Assembly: GCA_049852185.1 (NCBI GenBank)
Contig: CP187540.1
Reading direction: 5' to 3' (one strand)
Length of the DNA: 64,000 nt
Origin: Methanocaldococcus sp. 28A
GTDB lineage: Archaea; AGJL01; Methanococci; Methanococcales; Methanocaldococcaceae
Of this stretch, positions 31,861 through 41,986 are shown one piece after another. The position numbers and the translations under genes are program-made. A model generated the notes under the pieces. It was not told where the DNA came from. It made no database searches and saw only the letters and a list, made by a program, of their open reading frames with translations. Positions within the stretch are counted from its first letter, which is position 1, and each line of letters begins with the position of its first letter.

Positions 31861-31979
31861 GGCCGGCGGCGTCGCCCCTTTCCCGCCAGATGGCAGTACT
31901 CGGGGCATCGCTGGGGGGCTTAACTTCCGAGTTCGGGATGGGTTCGGGTGTGGCCCCCCCCGCTATGACCGCCGTACCA
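31861..31979 (-). rRNA. rrf: 5S rRNA
   Basis: Minus strand GGTACGGCGGTCATAGCGGGGGGG..CACCCGAACCCATCCCGAACTCGGAAGTTAAG..; between tRNA-Lys and tRNA-Asp. Confidence 0.96.
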
Positions 31980-31986
31980 AGAGATA

Positions 31987-32066
<80 letters not shown>

Positions 32067-32146
32067 TCAGTCCTTAGCTCGTGTGCGTTTCAAACATATC
32101 ACATTTCTCGTATATATACTTTTCGGTTCTCCCAATAAATGGGAGA

Positions 32147-32223
32147 TGGTCCGGCGGGCCGGATTTGAACCAGCGACATGCGGATCTACAGTCCGCCGTT
32201 CTACCAGGCTGAACTACCGCCGG
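32147..32223 (-). tRNA. tRNA-Tyr(GUA)
   Basis: CCGGCGGTAGTTCAGCCTGGTAGAACGGCGGACTGTAGATCCGC...ACCA; C1:G72. Confidence 0.98.
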
Positions 32224-32230
32224 ACACAAA

Positions 32231-32308
32231 TGGTGGGCCTGCCCAGATTTGAACTGGGGTCTCAGGATCCCAAATCCCAAAGGATAGACCAGGCTACCCC
32301 ACAGGCCC
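32231..32308 (-). tRNA. tRNA-Pro(UGG)
   Basis: Anticodon TGG, CCA. Confidence 0.95.
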
Positions 32309-32323
32309 ACCCAAAGAAATGAA

Positions 32324-32400
32324 TGGAGCCCCGGGGGGGATTTGAACCCCCGACCACCTGATTACAAGTCAGGCGCTCTACCAGGCTGAGCCACCGAGGC
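32324..32400 (-). tRNA. tRNA-Thr(UGU)
   Basis: CCTGA-CTTGTAA-TCAGG arm, CCA. Confidence 0.97.
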
Positions 32401-32487
32401 ACGTTTGCAGTATTAGTAAATACGGGAAGTAGTATATAAACTTTTTGGTTATCCAACTATTTATTTATTTGGATGATGTTGATACTT

Positions 32488-33189
32488 TTATAATATATAG
32501 GAAATAAACACTCCAACAACACCTCCAACAATAGTGGCTATTAAATTAACATGCTCATTATTTAAAATTCCTCTTCTTTCAAACAAAGCTCCAACTAAAC
32601 TATCTGCTAAGTTTCCAAATATTCCTCCAATAGTACCACATATAATAATCTTAAATTTTCCAAATAATATATACCCAATTAATCCAATTAAAAACGCTCC
32701 CAAAACTCCAGCTAATGTGCCAAATATTGTTATTGCCCCATCAGTCCCTTTTTCAACAACTTCAAAGGTGGTTATTAATCTCGGCTTTTCATCTGATAAG
32801 ACTCCTAACTCTGAAGAAAAAGTATCTGATGTGGCAGCAGCTATTGATGATATATATCCAATTAATGCCCAATTAAATCCAAATATTGTTAAAATAGCAA
32901 ATAATACTGGAATTAGGCCATTGGCTAAAACATTTCTTAAACTTCTACGGGTTTCAGCTATCTTTTTAGCCTTCTTTTTTTCTAATCCTACTCTACTCAC
33001 TAAAACTCCTAATATAAAAAAAGATAAAAGTAATATCAAATATTTAAATCCACAGAAATAAAGTAATATAAAACCCATAATTGATGAACCAACAATCCCT
33101 GTATTATCTAAGCAGTTGCTTTTTTTAATTATTAATGCTAAAAGACACACTACTAAGATAGAAACAAATAATTTAATTAGAGAGTCCAT
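32488..33189 (-). CDS. DUF92 / TIGR00297 membrane protein
   Basis: NVLANG, SDTFSSELG, GTDGAIT, DSLVGA, VN motifs. Confidence 0.9.
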   Translation of the reverse strand: MDSLIKLFVSILVVCLLALIIKKSNCLDNTGIVGSSIMGFILLYFCGFKYLILLLSFFILGVLVSRVGLEKKKAKKIAETRRSLRNVLANGLIPVLFAILTIFGFNWALIGYISSIAAATSDTFSSELGVLSDEKPRLITTFEVVEKGTDGAITIFGTLAGVLGAFLIGLIGYILFGKFKIIICGTIGGIFGNLADSLVGALFERRGILNNEHVNLIATIVGGVVGVFISYIL

Positions 33190-33205
33190 AGTCTCAACTT
33201 TTAAT

Positions 33206-33290
33206 TATAGTTGTGTGCAAAATGAAATAAACTTTAAAAAGGAAATTTTGAATGCCTTATTTAATTAAAAAACTTTTACACGCAACTATA
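33206..33290. repeat. Family A repeat, internally deleted
   Basis: TATAGTTGTGTGCAAAA...TTTTACACGCAACTATA. Confidence 0.8.
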
Positions 33291-33297
33291 ATTCTGA

Positions 33298-33372
33298 CGC
33301 CCCCGAGGGGATTTGAACCCCCGACCTTTCGGTCCGAAGCCGAACGCTCTATCCTGGCTGAGCTACGGGGGC
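33298..33372 (-). tRNA. tRNA-Arg(UCG)
   Basis: TTCGG-CTTCGGA-CCGAA arm. Confidence 0.95.
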
Positions 33373-33499
33373 ACATATAGCTGTTTATAGCAGTCTCTCT
33401 AAAATAACAATAAAAACCTAAAACTAAATTAAAACCAATTTAAAATAATCTTTTTTGCATAAAATAAACAAAAGAATAAAAAATTAGAGGTTTAACAAT

Positions 33500-33703
33500 T
33501 TACTGCTTTAAAGCTAACTTTATGTCTTCAACTTTTACAGTTTTTCTTTTAGCATGTTTAGCTAACTCAACAGCTTCCTTAGCAATTTCTAATGCGATTT
33601 CTTCAACAGCTTCTGCTAAGTATTCTGCAGCTGCTCTGCTAACTCTCTCTGCTCCAGCTTTTTTCAAGATTCTTTCAAATGGTGCAACTGGAAGCTCAGC
33701 CAT
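33500..33703 (-). CDS. Archaeal histone (HMf type)
   Basis: [14 protein letters not shown]...[17 protein letters not shown]. Confidence 0.97.
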   Translation of the reverse strand: MAELPVAPFERILKKAGAERVSRAAAEYLAEAVEEIALEIAKEAVELAKHAKRKTVKVEDIKLALKQ

Positions 33704-33853
33704 AATACCACCTCAGAAATTTTACAAGGATTTTTATTAAAAAATAGTATTTAAAATTTTCGGTTTAGATTTAGGATTTATGATAGTTTAACTAATAGAA
33801 TAGAACTTTATGTGAAAAATAAAATTTTTATAAAATTTAATGGGCAACTATCT

Positions 33854-34975
33854 CTATACAAGTTTAACTTTTTCCTTTATTTTTTTGATATCTTCTGGTT
33901 TAGCGATAGTTTTTGGATATTTTGGAAGGTAAGGGCATTTTATTTCTTTTTCAGTAGATATTTCATAAGTTCCAATTTCTTCAGCTATATTTACAATATC
34001 ATTTTTATCCAAACCAATTAAAGGTCTTAGGATTGGATATTTTATATCCTCATTTATAACTCTCAAGTTCTTTAATGTTTGAGAAGCTACTTGTCCTAAA
34101 TTATCTCCAGTAACAATAGCATCACAATCTAAATATTTTGCATACTTTTCAGCTATTTTTAGCATTTTTCTCTTACAGAATATGCATGTATAATTCTCTC
34201 TTTTAATGCTCTTGAGTTTTTCTACAATATCCTCTATATCTTTTGAGTAATCATAGACAACAAATTCCAACTCAATATCGTAATCACTCAAAACCTCTAC
34301 TATCTTTCTAACTTTATTTAACGCCTCTTCACTCATCTTTAAGTGTAGCAAAACAGCCCTACAACCCCTTCTAATCATCATATATGCCGCTACAGGGCTG
34401 TCTATTCCATCAGATATTAAGCAAAGAACTTTCCCTTGGCTACCTGTTGGTAGTCCTCCAATGCCCTCATATTTTTCTGTAAATATGTAGGCTCTATCAT
34501 TTAGAATCTCTATTCCTAAAACAATATCTGGATTTTCCAAATCAACCTCTAATCCAAGTTTTTCAACTATTGCCTCACCAACTTTTTTATTTACTTCAAC
34601 TGATGTGAATGGGAATTTTTTATAACTTCTTTTTGTTTTAACTGCGAAGGTTACTTTTTCTTTATTTAGAGTTTTTATCTTATTTTTTATTATTTGAACT
34701 GCAAAGCTTACAATTTCATTAATATCTAATGAGCATTCATAAACTGGACTATAAGAAACAATCCCAGCAACTTTTTTTAATAATTTTAGTGCTAATTCCT
34801 CTTTATCTTTTGTATTTACTTTAACTAACAATCTTCTATGTAAAATCTTGACATCACAGTCAATTTCATACTTTCTAAGCAATTTTATAATATTTTTTCT
34901 TAAGATTTCTTCTAAGTTTTTTCTAATTGGGTCTGATTTCAAACCAATTTCTCCATATCTAACCAATATTTCCAT
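33854..34975 (-). CDS. thiI: tRNA 4-thiouridine synthase ThiI
   Basis: RYGEIGLK, THUMP domain, GGLP, SDGIDSPVA, GQVASQTL. Confidence 0.95.
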   Translation of the reverse strand: MEILVRYGEIGLKSDPIRKNLEEILRKNIIKLLRKYEIDCDVKILHRRLLVKVNTKDKEELALKLLKKVAGIVSYSPVYECSLDINEIVSFAVQIIKNKIKTLNKEKVTFAVKTKRSYKKFPFTSVEVNKKVGEAIVEKLGLEVDLENPDIVLGIEILNDRAYIFTEKYEGIGGLPTGSQGKVLCLISDGIDSPVAAYMMIRRGCRAVLLHLKMSEEALNKVRKIVEVLSDYDIELEFVVYDYSKDIEDIVEKLKSIKRENYTCIFCKRKMLKIAEKYAKYLDCDAIVTGDNLGQVASQTLKNLRVINEDIKYPILRPLIGLDKNDIVNIAEEIGTYEISTEKEIKCPYLPKYPKTIAKPEDIKKIKEKVKLV

Positions 34976-34984
34976 AATTTCACC

Positions 34985-35635
34985 TTAAGCTCTTTCATCT
35001 TTTGCATATGCAATGATTCCATTAATTATAGCAACAGCTACTGGTGTTCCACCTTTAGGACCTATAGTCGATATATTTGGAATATTTAACTCTCTAAGAG
35101 CTTCTTTTGATTCTGATGCCTGAACAAATCCTACTGGAACACCTACCACTAATTTTGGTTTTATTCCTTCTTCTTTAACTAATCTTATAACCTCAAATAA
35201 TGCAGTTGGAGAGTTTCCAATAACTACAACTCCATCATCTATTAAATCCTTAGCTAATCTCATCGAAGCTACAGCCCTTGTTATCCCTTCTTTTTTAGCA
35301 ATTTCATAAGCATTAGGATGATTTATAAAACAATGAATTTTATCATATCTAATTCCTGCTTTAATCATATTTACATCAACAATTATAGGTTTTCCATCTT
35401 TTATTGCTTCAATCCCATTTTCTATTGGATTATTTTTAAACACCAAAAGTTTGGCATATTCTTCATCAGCAGTAGCATGAACTACTCTTTCAATAATTCC
35501 CATCTCCTTATCACTAAATTCATTTATTTTATCCCCTAAAACTTCTTTTATTTTATTTCTAACAATTTCTCTTGATTTATTTGCTATATTTAGTCCATCT
35601 TTTGATATTGCCCCCATAAAATCCATAAAAATCAC
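34985..35635 (-). CDS. cbiC: Cobalt-precorrin-8 methylmutase
   Basis: RVVHATAD, IGNSPTAL, PVGFV, KGGT. Confidence 0.93.
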   Translation of the reverse strand: MIFMDFMGAISKDGLNIANKSREIVRNKIKEVLGDKINEFSDKEMGIIERVVHATADEEYAKLLVFKNNPIENGIEAIKDGKPIIVDVNMIKAGIRYDKIHCFINHPNAYEIAKKEGITRAVASMRLAKDLIDDGVVVIGNSPTALFEVIRLVKEEGIKPKLVVGVPVGFVQASESKEALRELNIPNISTIGPKGGTPVAVAIINGIIAYAKDERA

Positions 35636-35693
35636 CTAAATTAAAAATATAGAAATTAAAAATAGAAAAATAGAATAATTCATTTTTTAGTAA

Positions 35694-35766
35694 TTATTTC
35701 TTACTTCTTAAAGTTTTTATAACATTATCTACGATTTCTGGAGCTAACCCAATATATGTTTTAGGA
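35694..35766 (-). pseudogene. Diverged second copy of the purB 3' end (~24 codons)
   Basis: Encodes PKTYIGLAPEIVDNVIKTLRSKK* versus purB PKTYIGLAPKIVDEVIKTLRNK*. Confidence 0.88.
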
Positions 35767-35848
35767 TGAACCTTTAATAAAGGTTCATCAAAGATAACAC
35801 CTCTTCGCTTATGCTCAGAGGTGTAAATTAATGTTTGCTTTGGTTTAG

Positions 35849-37195
35849 TTATTTATTTCTTAATGTTTTTATGACCTCATCTACTATTTTTGGTGCTAAA
35901 CCAATATATGTCTTTGGATTCATCAACTCATCCAACTCTTCTTTTGTTAAATACTTCATAACCTCCTTATCTTCTAATAAGACATCTTTCAAGTGCCTCT
36001 TTTCTTCATAAGCTTTCATTGCACATCTTCTTACAACTTCATGGGCTGTTTGCCTACCCATTCCCCTCTTAGCTAACTCAATCATTATTCTTTCAGCCAT
36101 TATAAGACCTTTTGTTAATTCTAAGTTTCTTTCAACATTTTCAATATTAACTCTCAATTTTTTAACTCCTTTAATTGCTAAAGTTAAAATATGGTCTGTT
36201 AAAACGCAAACTTCAGCAAATATACATCTTTCAGCAGATGAGTTTGTTAAATCTCTCTCTTCCCATAATGGGATATTATCCATCTCAGCAATGCATAGAG
36301 ATTTTATAACCCTTGATAAACCACAAATTTGCTCAAATGTTATTGGATTTCTCTTATGAGGCATTGTTGATGAACCTGTCTGCTTTGCAGGGTCGAACTC
36401 CTCCTCTAATTCCCCAATTTCTGTTCTCTGCATGTTCCTAACAGTAACTCCAATTTTATTTAATGTTTGAGCAATTAAAGCTAATAAAAATACAAATTCA
36501 GCATGTCTATCTCTTTGAATAACCTGATTTGAAATTAAAACTGGCTCTAAGCCTAAGATTTCAGCAACTCTTTTATGCACTTCTAAACCTTTTTCTCCCA
36601 TAGCAGCCATTGTTCCAACAGCTCCAGTAATCATAGAAACGCATATTCTTTTCTTAGCTTCTTTTAATCTCTCTAAGTGTCTGTCAATCTCAGCAGCCCA
36701 TAAAGCAAATCTCATACCATAAGTTGTTGGGATTGCATGCTGTCCATGAGTTCTACCAACGCAGACAGTATATTTATGTTCTTCTGCTTTATTTAATAAA
36801 ATATCTCTCAACTGCTTTAGTTTTTCCTCTATAATTTCAATTGATTCTTTTAACAGTAAAGAATTGGCTGTATCAACAATATCGTTTGATGTAGCTCCAA
36901 AGTGTATATATTCTCCAGCATTTCCTTCACAAACCTCAGCTAAAGCCTTAATCATTGCAACAATATCATGCCTTGTATGTTTTTCAATTTCTTTAACTCT
37001 TTTTAGTTTTACATATTTGGTTGATGCTTTTCTATTTATTTCTTCAGCAGCTTCTTTTGGGATTAAACCGAGTTCTGCCTGAGCTTTAGCTAATGCTGCT
37101 TCAACTTTTAACATTTTTTCTAATTTGTTTTCTTCTTCCCAAACTCTCCTCATTTCTGGAGTACCATATCTATAATCAATTGGATGTACTGCCAT
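35849..37195 (-). CDS. purB: Adenylosuccinate lyase
   Basis: HFGATSND, GRTHGQ, GSSTMPHKRNP. Confidence 0.98.
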   Translation of the reverse strand: MAVHPIDYRYGTPEMRRVWEEENKLEKMLKVEAALAKAQAELGLIPKEAAEEINRKASTKYVKLKRVKEIEKHTRHDIVAMIKALAEVCEGNAGEYIHFGATSNDIVDTANSLLLKESIEIIEEKLKQLRDILLNKAEEHKYTVCVGRTHGQHAIPTTYGMRFALWAAEIDRHLERLKEAKKRICVSMITGAVGTMAAMGEKGLEVHKRVAEILGLEPVLISNQVIQRDRHAEFVFLLALIAQTLNKIGVTVRNMQRTEIGELEEEFDPAKQTGSSTMPHKRNPITFEQICGLSRVIKSLCIAEMDNIPLWEERDLTNSSAERCIFAEVCVLTDHILTLAIKGVKKLRVNIENVERNLELTKGLIMAERIMIELAKRGMGRQTAHEVVRRCAMKAYEEKRHLKDVLLEDKEVMKYLTKEELDELMNPKTYIGLAPKIVDEVIKTLRNK

Positions 37196-37254
37196 TTTTT
37201 CACCATGATTGTTATTATAATTGTGAGCAAAAGTATATAAGTTGAATAAGGAAT

Positions 37255-37441
37255 TATAGTTGTGTGCAAAATAAAATAAACTTTTATAAGGACAATTTGA
37301 ATGCCTTCCTTATGGAAGGCATTCACTGATTCCTTATTTTATTTAAAATAGTTTTGCACACAACTATAAAGAATACCTTCCAAAAGGAAGGCACTTATAT
37401 TTTCCTTTTTGAAAGTTTATTTTATTTTGCTCACAACTATA
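37255..37441. repeat. Family A repeat (37255..37368) plus an adjacent inverted half copy (37371..37441)
   Basis: 17-bp inverted termini; central GAATGCCTTCC-TTAT-GGAAGGCATTC. Confidence 0.9.
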
Positions 37442-37565
37442 AGTTTTCAGTTTTACCATTATAATTTTTATAGTTTGATGATATTTAATTTAATAATTTA
37501 AATATTTAAGTGATATTTATCACGCTAAAAGTTTTTTATTTTTAATTTAGAAATTTTTAAAGGAA

Positions 37566-37879
37566 TATTTTTTGATTTTAAGGATTTTTAGCTAATTTCT
37601 AAGGGTAGCTTATTTTTAATATTTTACTTATTTAGATGTATTAAATTAGTAAGATTTTTAGGAGATTTTAGATAATTATTTTTATATTTATATTTCCCCG
37701 ATAGATAATTTGATTTTTTAGATTTAGGGGTTTTATTGTTCTAATTCACACAATACCGTAAAGTATTTATATTAGTTAGGATATATAAAGAAACCAAGTA
37801 ATTGGGGGGTCGTAATATAACCCCTATAAAATAAAGATTTAAAAATGCTTAATTTCGTTTAATTCAAAAAATGCCTCCT
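37566..37879 (+). promoter_or_regulatory. CRISPR leader of array 2
   Basis: Near-identical to 7105..7418; ends AAATGCCTCCT at the first repeat. Confidence 0.9.
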
Positions 37880-38753
37880 ATTAAAATAAGACCGATTCGG
37901 TATGGAAACTATTTTTCCTGAATATCCATCGTCTGTTCTATTTAATTAAAATAAGACCGATTCGGTATGGAAACTTCGTAAATCTTTCTACGCAAAAATT
38001 AATGGCTGGATTAAAATAAGACCGATTCGGTATGGAAACTTTCACCAAATCTTTACACATTAGAGAAACAATTAAAATATCATATTAAAATAAGACCGAT
38101 TCGGTATGGAAACAGTTCTCTTTTTTTAACGCGAAACTTAAGGTAAACGTCTTTATTAAAATAAGACCGATTCGGTATGGAAACATAATTGAGTCTATAT
38201 TTGTGCTATTTTCTATGATATTTTCTATGATTAAAATAAGACCGATTCGGTATGGAAACATATATATACTTTTCCATACCCAACTCACACCCACATTAAA
38301 ATAAGACCGATTCGGTATGGAAACTTTTTACTTTTTTATACAACAATGTTAAGGTAATCGTCATTAAAATAAGACCGATTCGGTATGGAAACCAGCAACC
38401 ACTTCGGAAGACACTTTTCATCGAACTTGTAATTAAAATAATTAAAATAAGACCGATTCGGTATGGAAACATATTCAAAATAATGGACTTAAAACAGTTT
38501 GAGGATGTCATTAAAATAAGACCGATTTGGTATGGAAACTTATCAGCACTACAGCAACAATAACATTGCATGCAATAAGTAATTAAAATAAGACCGATTC
38601 GGTATGGAAACATAAAAATGCTGAAATTATTAAAAACAATATAAAAGAAAACATTAAAATAAGACCGATTCGGTATGGAAACGAATTGATTGAAATGTTA
38701 GCAACAAGAATTAGTTTTTTTTCATTAAAATAAGACCGATTCGGTATGGAAAC
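37880..38753 (+). CRISPR. CRISPR array 2: 13 repeats, 12 spacers
   Basis: ATTAAAATAAGACCGATTCGGTATGGAAAC at 37880, 37945, 38010, 38084, 38155, 38230, 38295, 38363, 38441, 38510 (one SNP), 38582, 38653, 38724; spacers 35-48 nt. Confidence 0.99.
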
Positions 38754-38841
38754 TTAAAAGGCAATGCTCTTATGAGATGGAAACTTTTTTAAATAGGATT
38801 TTTACAGTTTAATATTAAAAATAATCCATAATGATGGTAGT

Positions 38842-39105
38842 ATGTATGTTATTATTGTCTATGATGTGAATGTTACAAGAGTAAATAAAGTAAAAAGCTT
38901 TTTAAGAAAACATTTAAACTGGGTTCAAAATAGTGTTTTTGAGGGAGAAATAACAAAAGCTGAGCTTGAAAGGATAAAATATGGACTTTTAAGAATTATT
39001 GATGAAAATGAAGATTCGGTAATTATTTATCAATTTCCATTAGATTTTATGCCTAAAAGAGAGATTTTTGGTGTAGAGAAAAATCCAATTGATGATATTA
39101 TTTAA
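38842..39105 (+). CDS. cas2: CRISPR-associated Cas2
   Basis: MYVIIVYDV, WVQNSVFEGE, DSVIIY. Confidence 0.97.
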   Translation: MYVIIVYDVNVTRVNKVKSFLRKHLNWVQNSVFEGEITKAELERIKYGLLRIIDENEDSVIIYQFPLDFMPKREIFGVEKNPIDDII

Positions 39106-39106
39106 T

Positions 39107-39739
39107 TTATTCATAAAGTTCTAAATAAAGCTTCCCTGAATCTGTCAAATTAAATTTTTCATCAATAAGCCCTAGTTCTTGAAGTTTTTGAACTTCTCTA
39201 CTAATTGTTGCTGGAGATAAACCAAGATTCCTCGCAGTTTCTCTAATCCCATAACCATTATAAATGGATTTTAATATCCTAATCCACCTGTCATTTTTTG
39301 GAACTAAAAATGCTTTTATTGGAATCTCTGTATAGCCCTCAAAGTTTTCAAATTCAACTTCTACTTTTACATCAAGATTTTTTAATAATAGAAGTGTAGA
39401 AACCACAAGTAAAATTAATGCTCTCATACCTCCAGAAAGATTCGCACAAATGGAATTCTCTCCAATTTCTAAAATTTTCTGTTTTATTTTTTTTACATTT
39501 TTAACTATTGGCTCTTTTAAATCAATCTCAGTAATAATAACATTTTCTTTTTTAACAAGATTATTCAAAAGAGAAATTAAATTGTTTAATGCATTTTGAA
39601 CTTTATGGTTATTATTAACATCGTTTGGTAAAATTATGAGAACTTTATCATTGCTTTTTACCCCATGCCTAAGTAAGAATCTAATGGCAAATTTTTCATC
39701 AAATCCTAAGGTTATTATGTAGAGCATAGTTATCTCCAA
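39107..39739 (-). CDS. csa3: Csa3 CARF-wHTH transcriptional regulator (type I-A)
   Basis: TLGFDEK, NLSGGMR CARF motifs; C-terminal HTH LSPATISRE. Confidence 0.92.
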   Translation of the reverse strand: MEITMLYIITLGFDEKFAIRFLLRHGVKSNDKVLIILPNDVNNNHKVQNALNNLISLLNNLVKKENVIITEIDLKEPIVKNVKKIKQKILEIGENSICANLSGGMRALILLVVSTLLLLKNLDVKVEVEFENFEGYTEIPIKAFLVPKNDRWIRILKSIYNGYGIRETARNLGLSPATISREVQKLQELGLIDEKFNLTDSGKLYLELYE

Positions 39740-40397
39740 TAAATTTTTTGTAAATATTATAAATCTCTATAACCTCCCTACCAAGAACTCCTAAATTTTC
39801 TTTATCAGTGTTTCTATTTAAAATTGCCGAGATGTTATCTGCAACCATTAATGGGACTAAGATTAAATAAATTTCTCTAAAATTATTATTTGTGAAATAT
39901 TCTGAAACACTATGTATTATATTGCCTTTAATTATCTTAGGAATATCAACATCAATTGGAGAATATTTCTCAATGATATTGATACAATCCTTACATAATT
40001 TTGAATAATTTACATTTAAATAATGTCTATTTACCATTGTATGGTGATGCAATGCAATTGCACAAGATATTATTCTTTTAATCTTCTCATCCATCTTTTC
40101 ATTTCCAGTAATTTTATTTATTGAGTTATAGGTAATATATGCAGAATAAAACTCATGCCCACGAAATGTTTTACTTTTTTGGTAATATGTTAATCCTTTA
40201 CCAATGTCATGAAATACATAAGATGTTTTTAATATAATCTCTCCTACTTTGTTGTTATTAACATGCAAACACTTAGCAAGTTTTTTATAATATTTCCTTT
40301 TAATGTAAAAATCTATAACTTCCAAACCTTTTTCAATATGCTCCTCCATAGTTTCTGATTTTTCTCCATCTTTTCCAAAGTATGCATAGCATGTCAT
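39699..40397 (-). CDS. cas3'': Cas3'' HD nuclease (type I-A)
   Basis: EHI, FHDIGK, HE, HHH, ADN. Confidence 0.93.
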   Translation of the reverse strand: MTCYAYFGKDGEKSETMEEHIEKGLEVIDFYIKRKYYKKLAKCLHVNNNKVGEIILKTSYVFHDIGKGLTYYQKSKTFRGHEFYSAYITYNSINKITGNEKMDEKIKRIISCAIALHHHTMVNRHYLNVNYSKLCKDCINIIEKYSPIDVDIPKIIKGNIIHSVSEYFTNNNFREIYLILVPLMVADNISAILNRNTDKENLGVLGREVIEIYNIYKKFIGDNYALHNNLRI

Positions 40398-41986
40398 ACT
40401 ACAAGCCCTCTCTCTTTGTCGTATCCATAAATTAATTTAACAACTATCGGTTCTCCAAGAGCAATCTTTTTTGCTATATCAAAGGCTTCCTCTTCATTTT
40501 CAACTTTTAATATTTTTTCAGAATTATTCTTTATTTCAAGAATTTTAACTTTCTCTGATTTATAGAGTTTAAATAATTCTTTTGGATTAACTAAAACTAC
40601 ATCATTTTCAACATCTACAGGTATTAAAAAATCTCTTAAAAATGCATGTCCTTTAGAAATGTGGTCAGATATAAAATTATACATATCAAAACTCCTTGTT
40701 CTAAAGTTTCTAAGTTGGTTAATTAGTTCATTCATTATATTTTTATTTAAATTTGATTCAGCGTCAATTAAAGTTATTCCATGGATTTTATCTATCCACT
40801 GTTGGTAAGTTTTTGGAATTCTTGGATGAATATCTGTATTGCTTTCAAGATATTTCCAAGTTTTTTCAATTTTATCTTTATCATAAGGTATTCCATTAGA
40901 TTTTAGAATAATTATCTTTCCTTCTTTTTCATCATACCTTGCTACTCTCCCAAACCTTTGAATTAATGAATTTGGTGGTGCAATTTCTGTTATCATAACA
41001 TCTGAAGAGATATCAACTCCTGCCTCAATAACTTGAGTTGAGATTATTAAAAACTCATCTTCATTTTTTAATTTTCTTATTTTTTCTACAATACCTTTTC
41101 TATGATTGGATGTCATCTTTCCATGAATTAATACAACATTGTTAAATCTTTCTTCTTTCAATGCCATATCATAGAGTTTTACACACTTTTTTGGAGTATT
41201 AACCACAATAATGTTTCTTTTTCCTTCTTCAGCATATTTTAAATAATCTACAAGGTCATTTTCCTTTGATATGGAAATTTGGAAATCCTTTTTTACTTCT
41301 CTCTTCAGGAATTCATCATTCTCTTCTATTTCATAAATTTTAAATTCATATCTTTCTGGCTTTGCATAACTTTTAAAAAGTTCTTCATATCCTTTTGAAA
41401 GAGTTGCAGTTAATATTAAAATTGGAACATCATTTTCAAGTAAAAAATTTAAAACACAAAGAAAAATACTTTTTAATTTCTCATCCTCTAAGATAAAATG
41501 TGCTTCATCAAAAATAAGCATTGAATTTAATATAGATGCCTGAGTGAAAAAGTCATATCCAAACTCTTTTCTTTCTTTTATTCTACTAAATTTTTTTGTG
41601 TTCAATTTTAAAACATCCCATATAAAAGTATCAATTGTTGTAAAATTTAAAGGAAATAGATGAAAAATTTCTTCGCTAACTCCCATCATCTTTGCCCTTG
41701 AAAACTCAAAAAGTTCCTTTGCAGACATTGATAAATCTTCAACTATTGAACGCATTGGTAAAATATGAAGGACCTTATCAAACTTTTCTGCATTATAAAT
41801 GGAATATAAAGCTAAAGTGTAGCTTAAAGTAGTTTTTCCATAGCCAGTTGGTGCTTTCACGATAAAGAAAGTTTTTTCAGAATTTTCAATATCTTTTAAT
41901 ATTTGTTCAATTAAAGGTCTTCTTTTTGGTTTAAACCCCTTTATTTTCCCAAGTCTTTTAAGAACTAAATCATAATATTCAATCAT
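40394..41986 (-). CDS. cas3': Cas3' helicase (type I-A)
   Basis: APTGYGKT, DEAH, TAT, TQVIEAGVD, QRFGR; start moved to the ATG with GGAGG RBS. Confidence 0.95.
   Translation of the reverse strand: MIEYYDLVLKRLGKIKGFKPKRRPLIEQILKDIENSEKTFFIVKAPTGYGKTTLSYTLALYSIYNAEKFDKVLHILPMRSIVEDLSMSAKELFEFSRAKMMGVSEEIFHLFPLNFTTIDTFIWDVLKLNTKKFSRIKERKEFGYDFFTQASILNSMLIFDEAHFILEDEKLKSIFLCVLNFLLENDVPILILTATLSKGYEELFKSYAKPERYEFKIYEIEENDEFLKREVKKDFQISISKENDLVDYLKYAEEGKRNIIVVNTPKKCVKLYDMALKEERFNNVVLIHGKMTSNHRKGIVEKIRKLKNEDEFLIISTQVIEAGVDISSDVMITEIAPPNSLIQRFGRVARYDEKEGKIIILKSNGIPYDKDKIEKTWKYLESNTDIHPRIPKTYQQWIDKIHGITLIDAESNLNKNIMNELINQLRNFRTRSFDMYNFISDHISKGHAFLRDFLIPVDVENDVVLVNPKELFKLYKSEKVKILEIKNNSEKILKVENEEEAFDIAKKIALGEPIVVKLIYGYDKERGLVV

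Noticed and set aside
38085-38613. ORFs with repeated FPYRIGLIL peptides
   Set aside because: Antisense translation of CRISPR repeats
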